Shown here: positions 22,216 through 32,159 of the stretch, piece by piece
Position numbering within the stretch: position 1 is the first letter of the stretch
Layout of the letters: each line of letters starts with the position of its first letter
Source: an uncultured Gemmatimonadaceae bacterium
GTDB taxonomy: Bacteria; Gemmatimonadota; Gemmatimonadetes; Longimicrobiales; Gaopeijiaceae
Length of the DNA stretch: 64,000 nt
Reading direction: 5' to 3'
Assembly (NCBI GenBank): GCA_964412015.1
Contig: CAYPMO010000004.1
Coordinates: forward strand, 50,504-114,503
Made by a program: the position numbers and the translations under genes
The notes under the pieces: model-generated
What the model was told of the DNA's origin: nothing
Seen by the model: only the letters and a program-made list of their open reading frames with translations
Database searches by the model: none

Positions 22216-23650
22216 GGGCCTCGATCTCCTCGGGGTCCTTCGGGACCGCCGCCGACAGCACGACCGGCTCGCCGTCCGTCACGAGGACGTCGTCCTCGAT
22301 GCGGATCCCGATGTTCCACCAGCGGGGAGCTATATCCTCGGCGGGCGCGATGTAGATTCCCGGCTCCACGGTGATGACCACGCCCGCTTCCAGCGAGCGA
22401 TACGACCCGACGTCGTGTACCTGGAGCCCGAGGTAGTGGCTCGTCCCGTGCGGGAAGAACCGGCGGAGGCCGCCGAAGTCGTCGCGGCCCTCGAGCAGGC
22501 CCAGTCTGGCGAGGCCGCGCACGAGGACACGGGAGGCCGCCTCCCCCGGAGCGCCGAAGGACACGCCCGCCTTCACCGCCGCGATCCCGGCCTCTTGCGC
22601 CTCGAGGACGATGTCGTAGATCGCGCGCTGCTCGGGCGTGAAACGCCCATCCACGGGAACGGTCCTCGTCACGTCGGCGGTGTAGCCCCGATACGAGGCC
22701 CCGACGTCCATGACCACCAGGTCGCCCGCCCGCGTGGTGCGACGGTTCGTGTCGTAGTGGAGCATGAGGCTGTTCTCGCCGCTCCCCACGATGGACGGGA
22801 ACCCCGGCCGCTCGCTCCCCATGCGCCGGAAGGTGTACTCGATGACGGCCTCGATCTCGTACTCCGCCCAGCCCGGCTCCATCGCGCGCATAGACTCCGA
22901 AATCGCCTGGCACGTGATGTCCACGGCCCTGCGCATCAGCGCGATCTCCTCCTCGGTCTTCACCTCCCGAAGACCGTCGAGAACGGTGGTGAGCGTGAAG
23001 TCGTCGAGGGCCTTCGTCCGGCCCTGGACCGCTTCGGCCAGCACGCCGATCTGGTCGGCCAGATCGGTGGTGGGTGGCACTACCGCGGGGAACGGGAGCA
23101 GATAGACCGGATGATCGCCCCGGGTCAGCAGAGACCCGACGATCTCGGGAAAGCGCTTCTGCGGAAGCGCGAGCTCGACACCCAGAGCCCGCTCGGCGCG
23201 TTCGGGCCCGAACCGGCGGCCGAGCCAGATCTCCGTGGCCGGATCGCGGGGAGGCACGAACAGGATCTCCCGCACGCGCCGCCCGTCGACCTCCACGCCT
23301 CCGGGAATCAGGACGAGAGCCGAACCCGGCTCGTTCGTCCCGGTGAGATAGTAGAGGTAGGGGTCCTGTGTGAACTCCCGCGCGTCGTCCAGGGCTCCCC
23401 CCGACTCCACGCCCCCGAGCACGACCGCCACGGCGTCGCGGGGCAGCACCGACACGACCGCCTCGCGCCGCTCGCGGTGGAACCCGGACGTCAGGAAGTC
23501 GGTGTCATAGCGCACCGGAGCGTCGAGGCCCGCGTTCTCCGGCGGCCGGGGGGATTGCGCCCGCAACTCGAGCGGTGCGAGCGCGCCCGCGACGACAGCG
23601 AGCAGAGCCGCTGCCGCCGCCGCGGCCGAGGATCGTGAGTACAGGACCAT
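22172..23650 (-). CDS. pepP: Xaa-Pro aminopeptidase (M24B, aminopeptidase P), secreted
   Basis: 492 aa from ATG 23650 with a signal-like N-terminus. M24B metal-ligand blocks are present: VVMDVGASYRGYTADVTRT, HGTSHYLGLQVHD, VITVEPGIY and IRIEDDVLV. Confidence 0.85.
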   Translation of the reverse strand: MVLYSRSSAAAAAAALLAVVAGALAPLELRAQSPRPPENAGLDAPVRYDTDFLTSGFHRERREAVVSVLPRDAVAVVLGGVESGGALDDAREFTQDPYLYYLTGTNEPGSALVLIPGGVEVDGRRVREILFVPPRDPATEIWLGRRFGPERAERALGVELALPQKRFPEIVGSLLTRGDHPVYLLPFPAVVPPTTDLADQIGVLAEAVQGRTKALDDFTLTTVLDGLREVKTEEEIALMRRAVDITCQAISESMRAMEPGWAEYEIEAVIEYTFRRMGSERPGFPSIVGSGENSLMLHYDTNRRTTRAGDLVVMDVGASYRGYTADVTRTVPVDGRFTPEQRAIYDIVLEAQEAGIAAVKAGVSFGAPGEAASRVLVRGLARLGLLEGRDDFGGLRRFFPHGTSHYLGLQVHDVGSYRSLEAGVVITVEPGIYIAPAEDIAPRWWNIGIRIEDDVLVTDGEPVVLSAAVPKDPEEIEALMAGGPTAAPPRAR

Positions 23651-23826
23651 GATGGATGCTAACGCCGCCCCACCCTTTCGATCCACTACCCGCGCCCGCA
23701 CATTCCCCGGGCACCCGCCGAGGGCAGTCCCTCCGAAGCGGACGCGCTGCGGACGGAGGGCGCTGGGCCACATCTGACCGAACCGGGAAGTCCAACGTGA
23801 AGCACGTCACGCACACGACCCGCTGG

Positions 23827-26460
23827 ATGCGCCGTCCGGCGGCCCTCGCGCTCGCCTGCGTCGCGGTCGCTCCGGGGCTCGCGCCCGATACCCTCGCGGC
23901 CCAGGCCCTTCCCACGCCCGTGTCCGTCCTGGGCTTCGAGCCCGGCGCGGACTTCCACCTGGCCACGTACGAGCAGTCGATCGACTACTTCCGGAAGCTG
24001 GACGCGGCCTCGGACCGCGTGCGGATGGTCCACGTCGGGACGACGACGCAGGGGCGGGACTGGCAGATCGTCGTGATCTCGTCGGAGGCGAACCTCGCCT
24101 CGCTCGATCGCTGGCTGGACGTCGCGCGCCGCGTCGCCGACCCGAGGAAGCTCACCGACACCCAGGCGCGGGAACTCGCCCGCGACGGCAAGGCGGTCGT
24201 GGACATCAGCGGGGGGCTCCATGCCTCCGAGGTGGCCGGCTCCCAGCACATCCTCACGCTCGGATACGAGCTCGCTTCGAGCGAGGAGCCCCGCATCCGG
24301 ACCATCCGGGACAACGTGATCACGGTGCTCTGGCCTTCGCTCAACCCCGACGGCCAGACGCTCATCGCCGACTGGTACACGAACAACGTGGGCACGCCGT
24401 ACGAGACCGCGCCGATGCCCTGGCTGTACCAGGAGTACGTGGGCCACGACAACAACCGCGACGCGTACATGCTCGACATGATCGAGTCACGGGTCGCCGA
24501 GCGCGTCTGGCGCGCGTGGGAGCCGCAGATCATCCACGTGCACCACCAGACGTCGCCCTTCCCCACGCGCATCTGGCTCCCGCCGTTCGCCGAGCCCATC
24601 ACGCCCCGCGCCCCCGCGCTCATCTCGCGTGAGGTCAACATGATCGGCATGGCGATGGCCCAGATGCTCGAGTCGCGCGGGCTGCCGGGCGCCACGCACA
24701 TGGGCACGGGGTTCGACGCCTGGTACCCGGGCTACATCGACTATCTGCCCGTCCTTCAGAGCCAGGCCGCGTTCTGGACGGAGACGGCGCTCTTCCGATA
24801 CGCCACGCCGCACTTCTACACGCTTTCCGACTTCCCCGAGGACAAGAGGGACCTCCGCGCCGAAACGCTGTATCCGTCCCCGTGGACGGGGGGCTGGTGG
24901 CGGCTCGGCGACGCGGTGGAGTACATGCGCGTCGCCTCGATCGCGGTGCTGGACTACGCGGCCAAGTACCGGGAGGATCTGCTGTACAACCGCTACCAGT
25001 CGGGGCGCGATGTCGTCGCGCGCTACCGCGACGGGCCGCCCTACGCCTGGTTCGTTCCGCGCGAGCAGCGGGACCCCGTGGCGCCGGCGGAGCTGCTCCG
25101 CAGGCTGGCCTACAACGGGATCGAGGTCTCCGAGCTCACGGAACCGGTCACGCACGAAGGCCTCACCTGGCCGGCGGGCACGTGGGTCGTCCCGATGGAC
25201 CAGCCGTTCGCCGAGCTGGCCCGCCAGGTCCTCGAGATCCAGTGGTACCCGGACCTGCGCGAGTACCCCGAGGGCCCGCTCGAGCAGCCGTACGACGCGG
25301 CGGGCTGGACGCTTCCCATTCAGATGGGGGTGCGGGTCGTGGCGGCGACGCACCCGCTCTCCCCGGAGGCGAGGGCGGCCCTGCGACCGCTCGCGGTCGA
25401 GCCTCTGGCCTCGGACGCCGACGTCGCCGACGCCGCCCCCTTCGACGCCGTTCCCGGGGTCGGCTTCGACGACCACCCGGTCGCGGCCGCGATCCGGCCG
25501 ACGCCCGGACGTCTCGGAGGCTCGGGCCCGGCTCTCCACCTGGACCCGGCCCAGAACAACAGCTTCAAGGCGCTCAACGAGGCCTGGGACGCAGGCGCGC
25601 GCGTGCGGTTCTCGCCCGAGCGCGGCGGCCGGTACGTGGTGACGGGGCTCCCCGACGGCACGATCCGGCGGCTCGTCGACGACCTGGCGCTCCAGGCCAC
25701 ACGCGGGCCCGCCGCCGGCATCGATCTTCCGAGGCCTCGGGTCGGGCTCTACCGTCCCTGGACGGCGAGCATGGACGAGGGCTGGACCCGCTGGGTCTTG
25801 GAGCGATACGGTTTCGCCTTCACCAGCCTGTACGACGCCGATGTCCGCGCCGGCGAGCTGCGCGGCCGGTACGACGTCGTCGTGCTCCCGTCCGAGCGGC
25901 CGACGACCTTGAAGGCGGGGCACGCCAAGGGGACGGTGCCGGAGCGCTACGCGGGTGGTCTCGGCGAGGAGGGGATCCGCGCGCTGGATGCGTTCGTACG
26001 GGGCGGCGGCACGCTCGTCTGCATGAACCAGGCGAGTGACCTGTGCGTCCGCGAGCTCCATCTCCCCGTCGTGAACGCGGTGGGCTCGCTGCCCCGCGAC
26101 ACGTTCTTCGGGGGCGGCTCGATCTTCGAGGTCGAGACCGATGCGGTCCATCCGGTCATGGCCGGCATGCCGGCCCGCGCGCCGGTCTTCTTCGATCGCA
26201 GCCCCGTGTTCGATACCGCCGCGGGCTTCGCGGGAAGCGTCCTCGCGTCGTATTCCGAGCGCGGCTCACCCCTCCTGTCCGGGTACCTCGTCGGCGAGGA
26301 GCACTTGCGGGCCAAGGCCGCGGCCCTCGACGTGCGCCACGGGAACGGTCACGCGATCCTGCTCGGGTTCCGGCCCCAGTGGCGCGGCCAGCCGTGGGGG
26401 AGCTTCCGCGTGCTCTTCAACAGCGTGCTGTTCCGCGACGCGGTCGCACCAACGCGCTGA
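23827..26460 (+). CDS. M14-family zinc carboxypeptidase, third and more divergent paralogue (~877 aa), secreted
   Basis: Motifs: HxxE (GGLHASEVAG), SLNPDG, GHDNNRD and FWTETA. Signal peptide MRRPAALALACVAVAPGLA. The C-terminal RYDVVVLPSE...GGGTLVCMNQ strands parallel those of the other two paralogues. An alternative GTG start is at 23797. Confidence 0.8.
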   Translation: MRRPAALALACVAVAPGLAPDTLAAQALPTPVSVLGFEPGADFHLATYEQSIDYFRKLDAASDRVRMVHVGTTTQGRDWQIVVISSEANLASLDRWLDVARRVADPRKLTDTQARELARDGKAVVDISGGLHASEVAGSQHILTLGYELASSEEPRIRTIRDNVITVLWPSLNPDGQTLIADWYTNNVGTPYETAPMPWLYQEYVGHDNNRDAYMLDMIESRVAERVWRAWEPQIIHVHHQTSPFPTRIWLPPFAEPITPRAPALISREVNMIGMAMAQMLESRGLPGATHMGTGFDAWYPGYIDYLPVLQSQAAFWTETALFRYATPHFYTLSDFPEDKRDLRAETLYPSPWTGGWWRLGDAVEYMRVASIAVLDYAAKYREDLLYNRYQSGRDVVARYRDGPPYAWFVPREQRDPVAPAELLRRLAYNGIEVSELTEPVTHEGLTWPAGTWVVPMDQPFAELARQVLEIQWYPDLREYPEGPLEQPYDAAGWTLPIQMGVRVVAATHPLSPEARAALRPLAVEPLASDADVADAAPFDAVPGVGFDDHPVAAAIRPTPGRLGGSGPALHLDPAQNNSFKALNEAWDAGARVRFSPERGGRYVVTGLPDGTIRRLVDDLALQATRGPAAGIDLPRPRVGLYRPWTASMDEGWTRWVLERYGFAFTSLYDADVRAGELRGRYDVVVLPSERPTTLKAGHAKGTVPERYAGGLGEEGIRALDAFVRGGGTLVCMNQASDLCVRELHLPVVNAVGSLPRDTFFGGGSIFEVETDAVHPVMAGMPARAPVFFDRSPVFDTAAGFAGSVLASYSERGSPLLSGYLVGEEHLRAKAAALDVRHGNGHAILLGFRPQWRGQPWGSFRVLFNSVLFRDAVAPTR

Positions 26461-26496
26461 CCGAGGGCTCGAACGCCAAGCTCCAGGGAGCCTCAC

Positions 26497-27921
26497 ATGG
26501 ATGACGAAAGGACGAGAGCGGCCGGAATCCAGGCTTCATTCGAAGCCATTGTCGGCAAAGAAAACGTCGTCTGTGACGAGGAGAAGATCATCGATTACGG
26601 TCACGACGAATTCTCTTTGACCGACATCGCCTGCCTGCCGGGGTTCGTGGTCAAGCCCGCCGACGAGGTCGAGGTGTCCGAGGTCCTCAAGGCGGCCAAC
26701 CGTCACCTGGTCCCGGTCACTCCGAGAGGAGGAGCAACCGGGTTGTGCGGCGGCTGTGTGCCGTCCCCGAATGGAGTCGTCCTTTCCCTCGAGAGAATGG
26801 ACCGCATGCTGGAGATCGATACGCAAAGCCAACTCGCGACGGCCGAGGCCGGCGTGCGGCTGGCCGACTTCTCGCTGGCCGTCGAGGATGCCGGCCTCTA
26901 TTTCCCGCCTCATCCCGGTGACGAGAGTGCCATGATCGGAGGGCTGATCGCCACCAACGCCGGCGGTAGCCGAGCGGTGAAGTACGGGACGATCCGCAAT
27001 TACGTGCGCGGACTCGAGGTCGTCCTTCCGACCGGCGAGATCATCAAGCTCGGCGGCAAGTTCCTGAAGACGAGCACCGGATACAATCTGATGCACCTGA
27101 TGATCGGCTCGGAAGGGACCCTCGGGATCGTGACCAAAGGCACGATCCAGCTTCACACGAAGCCGCCGTTCATGCGGTCGTTCGTCGTCCCTTATGCCGA
27201 GCTGGAGCAGGCCATGGCGACGATGTCCGCTCTGATGGAGAAGGGGGTCGTTCCCCTGGCCATCGAGTTCCTGGAGGTCGAACTGATCGCCATCACCGAG
27301 AAATACCTGGGGCTGGCGTGGCCTACCAGGCTGGGCCGGACCCAACTCCTGATCATAGCCGACGCTTACTCGGAGGAGGAACTGGACCGGTTGTCCGAGC
27401 TGATCGGCGACATCTGCCTGGAAAACGGAGGCCTGGACGTTTTCGTCGCCGACACGCTCAAGAAGCAGGAAGAGGTTCTGACCATCCGTTCGAGGATCTA
27501 CGATGCCATCAAGTCCGGAACGATCGAGATCCTCGACATATCTCTGCCCCGCGGCGAAGTGGCGGCTCACGTCCGGAAAGTCTATGAGGTCGCCCGGGAA
27601 TACGATGTCTGGTTGCCGACGTTCGGCCATGCGGCCGACGGCAACGTCCATACGCATTTGATGAAAGTTCGATACGAAGGCGAAGAAATGATCCCGGTTC
27701 CGGAGCCCGAATGGAGAGACAAGATCGACCTCGTGCGCCAGGAGCTTTTCCGGGATTGCGCCGACCGGGGCGGCGTAATCTCTGGCGAACACGGCATCGG
27801 GCTCGTCAAGAAACCCTATCTTCATCACTCTTTGAATACAGCGCACGTAGATTTGATGCGCGGCATCAAGAGAGTCTTCGACCCCAACAACATAATGAAC
27901 CCCGGAAAGATCTTTGACTGA
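26497..27921 (+). CDS. FAD-binding oxidoreductase (GlcD / D-lactate dehydrogenase-like, FAD_binding_4 + FAD-oxidase_C)
   Basis: 474 aa with an AGGGAG SD. Motifs: VTPRGGATGLCGG, MIGGLIATNAGG, LMIGSEGTLGIVT and the C-terminal SGEHGIGLVKKPY...DPNNIMNPGKIF. G+C is markedly lower than in the flanking genes. Confidence 0.85.
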   Translation: MDDERTRAAGIQASFEAIVGKENVVCDEEKIIDYGHDEFSLTDIACLPGFVVKPADEVEVSEVLKAANRHLVPVTPRGGATGLCGGCVPSPNGVVLSLERMDRMLEIDTQSQLATAEAGVRLADFSLAVEDAGLYFPPHPGDESAMIGGLIATNAGGSRAVKYGTIRNYVRGLEVVLPTGEIIKLGGKFLKTSTGYNLMHLMIGSEGTLGIVTKGTIQLHTKPPFMRSFVVPYAELEQAMATMSALMEKGVVPLAIEFLEVELIAITEKYLGLAWPTRLGRTQLLIIADAYSEEELDRLSELIGDICLENGGLDVFVADTLKKQEEVLTIRSRIYDAIKSGTIEILDISLPRGEVAAHVRKVYEVAREYDVWLPTFGHAADGNVHTHLMKVRYEGEEMIPVPEPEWRDKIDLVRQELFRDCADRGGVISGEHGIGLVKKPYLHHSLNTAHVDLMRGIKRVFDPNNIMNPGKIFD

Positions 27922-28025
27922 TTGTATGAGGCGGAACTCACCTGACAGTCAGTCGGACCTTTTCGACCCGGTCACGAAACGATCACGCACGCGCTCAGCG
28001 TGAACCTCGGCGGGACGCACGTCGG

Positions 28026-28053
28026 TTGCAGAAGATGGGGCGAATGGTATAAT
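28026..28053 (+). promoter_or_regulatory. sigma70-type promoter for vapBC
   Basis: TTGCAG (28026-28031), a 16-nt spacer, then an extended -10 TGgTATAAT (TATAAT 28048-28053), 34 nt upstream of the vapB ATG. Confidence 0.45.
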
Positions 28054-28086
28054 TGCTCCATAAATACACCAACTCCTAGAGCCCCC

Positions 28087-28359
28087 ATGCCCCTGAACAT
28101 CAAGAATTCCGAGGTCGAGCGGCTCGCCACGGAGGTGGCCGCGTTGACGGGCGAGTCCAAAACCGAGGCGATCCGCCAGGCGTTGCTCGAGCGCCGCAGC
28201 CGCCTCCGCTACCGCGTGCGGGACTTCGGCCGAGCCGGCCGCGTCCGCCGCTTCCTCGAGCGCGAAGTATGGGCCCGGGTCCCGGAGCGGCAGCTGGGGC
28301 GCGCGCCGACGAAGGAGGAGCGGGAAGTGATCCTCGGGTACGGCCCTGAGGGCGTATGA
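28087..28359 (+). CDS. vapB: type II antitoxin VapB (Rv0623/PSK-like family)
   Basis: 90 aa. The MPLNIKNSEVERLATEVAALTGESKTEAIRQALLERR N-terminus is typical of this antitoxin family. The stop overlaps the vapC start in ATGA. Confidence 0.8.
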   Translation: MPLNIKNSEVERLATEVAALTGESKTEAIRQALLERRSRLRYRVRDFGRAGRVRRFLEREVWARVPERQLGRAPTKEEREVILGYGPEGV

Positions 28360-28742
28360 TCGTAGATACGTCCGCGCTCCTCGCGATCGTTTTCCAGGAA
28401 CCTGGTTGGGTGGGCATCCTCGACCGCATCACGTCCGCCCCGGAGGTGGCCGCGGGCACGCCAACCCTGGCCGAGACGGGCATCGTCCTCCATGCGCGGC
28501 TCGGGGACGACGGCGCGGGTATGCTCGAACGTATGCTGGACGAGCTCGGCATCCAGGAAGTGCCGTTCGGCGAAGCGCACTGGCGCGAAGCCGTGGACGC
28601 GTTCCGTCGCTTCGGCAAGGGCCGACATCCGGCAGCGCTCGACTTCGGCGACTGCATGACCTACGCGGTGGCTCGTCTCGCGGAAGAACCGCTGCTCCAC
28701 GTCGGCGGGGACTTCGGAGAGACGGATCTCGCCCTCGCCTGA
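28356..28742 (+). CDS. vapC: type II toxin VapC (PIN-domain ribonuclease)
   Basis: 128 aa. PIN acidic residues are in canonical positions (MIVDTSALLAI..., ...DFGDCMTYAVA...). The 4-nt overlap with vapB indicates coupling. Confidence 0.9.
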   Translation: MIVDTSALLAIVFQEPGWVGILDRITSAPEVAAGTPTLAETGIVLHARLGDDGAGMLERMLDELGIQEVPFGEAHWREAVDAFRRFGKGRHPAALDFGDCMTYAVARLAEEPLLHVGGDFGETDLALA

Positions 28743-28929
28743 GCATCTCGGGTGCGTCGCCGATTCACATCCGGCGGCTGCGCATCCATGGAGACGGCAT
28801 CAGCGGTTCCTCGTCCTCTGCAGGGGACACTCGCCCGGGGAAACCGACGCCGCCGCGAGGGCCTCCGCTGGCACGTTCAGTGCGTGTGCGGGGTGCGCCC
28901 TCCCGTCGCCCCCGACCAGGCAGGCCCGC

Positions 28930-31900
28930 ATGCGCCCCATCCTAACGCCTTTCGCCGCCTCCGTTCTCGCGCTCGGCGCGCTCACGTCGGCACCGGGCCT
29001 TTCCGCACAGGACGCGACGCTCCTCGTGCGCGTCGCCGCGCAGGGGCGTCCGGTCCCGAGCGCCTCCGTGCAACTCCTCGTAGGCGGGACTCAGCACCGG
29101 GGCATGGGCACCGACGTTGTGGGAATCGCCCGGTTCGTGGATCTAGCGAGCGGCGTCTACGACGTGCGCGTGGACATCATCGGCTACCGATCGCGCACCG
29201 TGGAGGCCATCGCGGTCGCCGGTGGCGAGATCCGTGAGGTCAACATCGCCCTCGAGGAAGTGCCGGTCGAGATCGAGGGTATCTCCGTGCGCGCGAGCCG
29301 CATCCAGATCCAGCGCGAGAACACGGATTTCGGCACCACCGTGGCGGGCGCCGCGCTCGATCTCCTGCCCGTGCCGTACGATCCCGCAGGGCTGATCGCG
29401 CTCACTCCCGGCGCGCGGCCGCAGCACGTGTGGGGCGGCGCCAACTTCCAGGCCAACAGCTACCGGATCGACGGGCTCGCGGCCAATCACCCCGGGCTGG
29501 GCGGCTCGCTCGTCGAGCCGAGCCCGTTCTGGATCGAGCGTGTAGAGGTCAGCGGGCTCGGCGCCGGGGCAGAGCACGGTGGGTTCCAGGGTGGTCAGGT
29601 CAACCTGGTCACGAAGAGCGGGAGCAACAAGTTCTCCGCGATGCTCCGCGCGACCCTCTCCAACGATGCGCTCACGGCATCCAATCTCGTCGGCTCACAG
29701 ATCGGCTCCGAGGTGAAGGATCGTTACGACTTCGAGGTCGAGGTCGGGGGCGCGATCGTGCCCGATCGCCTGTTCTACTACCTGGGCGGCAGCTACGTAG
29801 ACCGGAGCGCCCGGTTCCTGAACCACGTGGACTTCGACGGCCGGTTCTCGCCGCTGCTCGAGAAGCGCTCGGAGCGGAAGGTGCTGAGCAAGCTCACCTG
29901 GTCGCCGGGCGCCACGGAACAGGTCGAGGTGTCGGGTGCCTTCCTCGGTACGCAAACCGAGAACTACGGGATGACGGGGTACGAGGGCGCCGGCGCCGCG
30001 GCGCGGTACCGCTCGCCCACGTGGTTCGGGAACGTCGCGTGGCGCCGATCCCTGGGGAGCCGCGCCCTGCTGGAGGCGAGCGTGAACCACCTCTCGCGCG
30101 ACGAGCGGACGGACCCGTACAACGGCACGGACACACCCGGCGTGCAACTGTTCTCGCTACTGCCTCCCTACACGACGTTCGGCAACGCTGAGCTCACCAG
30201 GCGGAGTGCTCCGTCCAGCACATCGGCCACGGTGACGACATCCGTCCACGTCCGGGCGGGTGGACAGGAGCACCTGCTGAAGGTGGGTGGTGAGCTCACC
30301 CGGGGGAGCTTCCTCGACCAGCGCACCCGGAACGGTGGCCTGACCTGGAGACCGGTCCTCCAGGACGGATTCGACCCGACCGATCCCACCACCTGGCCGC
30401 ACCAGCAGCAGGGGTCCGTGCCGACCGAGTGGGGCGGCGAGGTCCACCTGGACGCCGACGTACTGAACGCCGTTGCCTTCACGCAGGCCTCGGTCTCGCT
30501 CGGGCGGCTCGTGCTCACGCCCGGCGTGCGGTGGGGCGCGTGGGCCGGTTGGCTGGATCCACGGACGGGGGAGCGCTTCCGGGCGGTCTCGGACCGGGCC
30601 GTGGATCCGCGTATCGGCGCCACGCTGGAGCTGAGCGACGACGGCACGTGGATCCTGAAGGGACACTGGGGCCGCTACCACCAGGACATGATCGCCCAGA
30701 TGTTCGACCGCGCCGGCGGCTCGGACGTCTTCACGAATCAGGAGACGTGGTACTATCGCGGCCCGCCGATCGACGACCCCACGCGGCCCTTCACCGAGGC
30801 GGAGCGTGACGCGCTCGCCGAGCAAGGGCTGTTCACGCGGGAGAGCGTGGTCCGCCTGAACGAGACGGGCCCGGTCGTGGACTACCACCAGCCGTACGTG
30901 GACCAGTGGCTCGTGGGGCTCCAGAAGCAGTTCGGAAGCTCGGTCCAGTTCGAGGCGCTGTACACGCGGAGGACCAACCACGACATGATCGCGCTGGTGG
31001 ACCGCAACCGTACGACCAACTACACGCGCTTCGAGCGCGTGCGCGTCCACACGGGCAGTTCCGACGGATCCCCGCTCCCGTTCAGCGGGGGCTCCGTCTT
31101 CATGCAGGAGCTGTACGTTCCGAACGACGCCGTGCTGGAGGAGCTGCGCTATTGCGCGGCGCATCCCGATGTCTGCGGGCCGCCACCGGGAATGAGCTTC
31201 GCGGACACGCTGAGGCTGACGTGGGACCCGGACTACATCCTCACGAACGCGCCCGACGCGACGCGCGCGTTCGGACAGGTGCAGCTCACGTTCAAGTTCT
31301 CACTCCCGACGTGGGGAGGTACGTTGTCCGGGGTCTTCACGGGGCTGGAGGGCAACCTCGACGACGTCACCGGCTACGCCGATCCGTCCGAGTACGGGGC
31401 GGGGCCGTACGTGAGGGTCAACGAGCATCTGAACTCCTACGGGCCGCTCCCCGACTTCTCGGACGCCGAGCTGAAGGCGTCCGTGTGGGGCGTGCTCCCA
31501 TGGAGGCTCCGCGGAGGCGCGTTCTTCACGGTGCAGACGGGCGACCACTACGCGCCGCAGTTCCGGATCTCGGGGCAGCGATCCCTCTTTGGATACAAGG
31601 CGAACACTGAGCCCTTCGTGCCCTGCAACCCCATCTTCCAGACGTGCAACCCTCCTCCCGGCGACGCACTGCCCCTGCGCTTCTTCGCCGCCCTCGAAGG
31701 CAACGACGTCTTCATCGGTCCGCGCGGCAAGCCGCGGATGCCCGGGCGCTCGAACCTCGACCTCCGGCTCGAGCGCGTGTTCGAGGTGGCCGGATTCGAC
31801 CTCGGAGTCACGCTGGACCTGTTCAACGTCGCCGGAGAGGACGAGGTCACGCAGGTGCAGACCATGGTCAACCACGGCCAACGGGTCTACTACTTCTTCG

Positions 31901-32010
31901 ACGACATCGATACTCCGTTCAAGAGGGAATGGGCCGGGACGTGGTACAAGTCCCCGCTCGCGCGCGTATCGCCGCGGATGCTCAGGTTGGGCATGACGGC
32001 CTACTTCTGA
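28930..32010 (+). CDS. Oar-like TonB-dependent outer-membrane receptor (CarboxypepD_reg + plug + beta-barrel)
   Basis: 1026 aa with a signal peptide (ASVLALGALTSAPGLSAQ). The N-terminal carboxypeptidase-regulatory-like domain reads LLVRVAAQGRPVPSASVQLL...GVYDVRVDIIGY. A plug-like segment and long beta-rich region follow. The protein ends in an aromatic residue (...LGMTAYF). Confidence 0.8.
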   Translation: MRPILTPFAASVLALGALTSAPGLSAQDATLLVRVAAQGRPVPSASVQLLVGGTQHRGMGTDVVGIARFVDLASGVYDVRVDIIGYRSRTVEAIAVAGGEIREVNIALEEVPVEIEGISVRASRIQIQRENTDFGTTVAGAALDLLPVPYDPAGLIALTPGARPQHVWGGANFQANSYRIDGLAANHPGLGGSLVEPSPFWIERVEVSGLGAGAEHGGFQGGQVNLVTKSGSNKFSAMLRATLSNDALTASNLVGSQIGSEVKDRYDFEVEVGGAIVPDRLFYYLGGSYVDRSARFLNHVDFDGRFSPLLEKRSERKVLSKLTWSPGATEQVEVSGAFLGTQTENYGMTGYEGAGAAARYRSPTWFGNVAWRRSLGSRALLEASVNHLSRDERTDPYNGTDTPGVQLFSLLPPYTTFGNAELTRRSAPSSTSATVTTSVHVRAGGQEHLLKVGGELTRGSFLDQRTRNGGLTWRPVLQDGFDPTDPTTWPHQQQGSVPTEWGGEVHLDADVLNAVAFTQASVSLGRLVLTPGVRWGAWAGWLDPRTGERFRAVSDRAVDPRIGATLELSDDGTWILKGHWGRYHQDMIAQMFDRAGGSDVFTNQETWYYRGPPIDDPTRPFTEAERDALAEQGLFTRESVVRLNETGPVVDYHQPYVDQWLVGLQKQFGSSVQFEALYTRRTNHDMIALVDRNRTTNYTRFERVRVHTGSSDGSPLPFSGGSVFMQELYVPNDAVLEELRYCAAHPDVCGPPPGMSFADTLRLTWDPDYILTNAPDATRAFGQVQLTFKFSLPTWGGTLSGVFTGLEGNLDDVTGYADPSEYGAGPYVRVNEHLNSYGPLPDFSDAELKASVWGVLPWRLRGGAFFTVQTGDHYAPQFRISGQRSLFGYKANTEPFVPCNPIFQTCNPPPGDALPLRFFAALEGNDVFIGPRGKPRMPGRSNLDLRLERVFEVAGFDLGVTLDLFNVAGEDEVTQVQTMVNHGQRVYYFFDDIDTPFKREWAGTWYKSPLARVSPRMLRLGMTAYF

Positions 32011-32159
32011 TCGAGGCCTGCGGAAAGCGCCATCGCCGTCGGGTTTTCGGCAACGGCAGGGCCACACGCGTAAGCCCCCGAGCTTCGTCGGCCCCGAGAC
32101 TTCCCCGCAGCCGAGACCGGGGGCATACTCAGTCGAACCCTTTCGACGAGGTCGTCACC

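Noticed and set aside
28743-28929. Possible cobalamin or other riboswitch upstream of the TonB-dependent receptor
   Set aside because: I could find no B12-box (rAGYCMGgAgaCCkGCc-like) or other riboswitch core. The region is ordinary GC-rich leader sequence.
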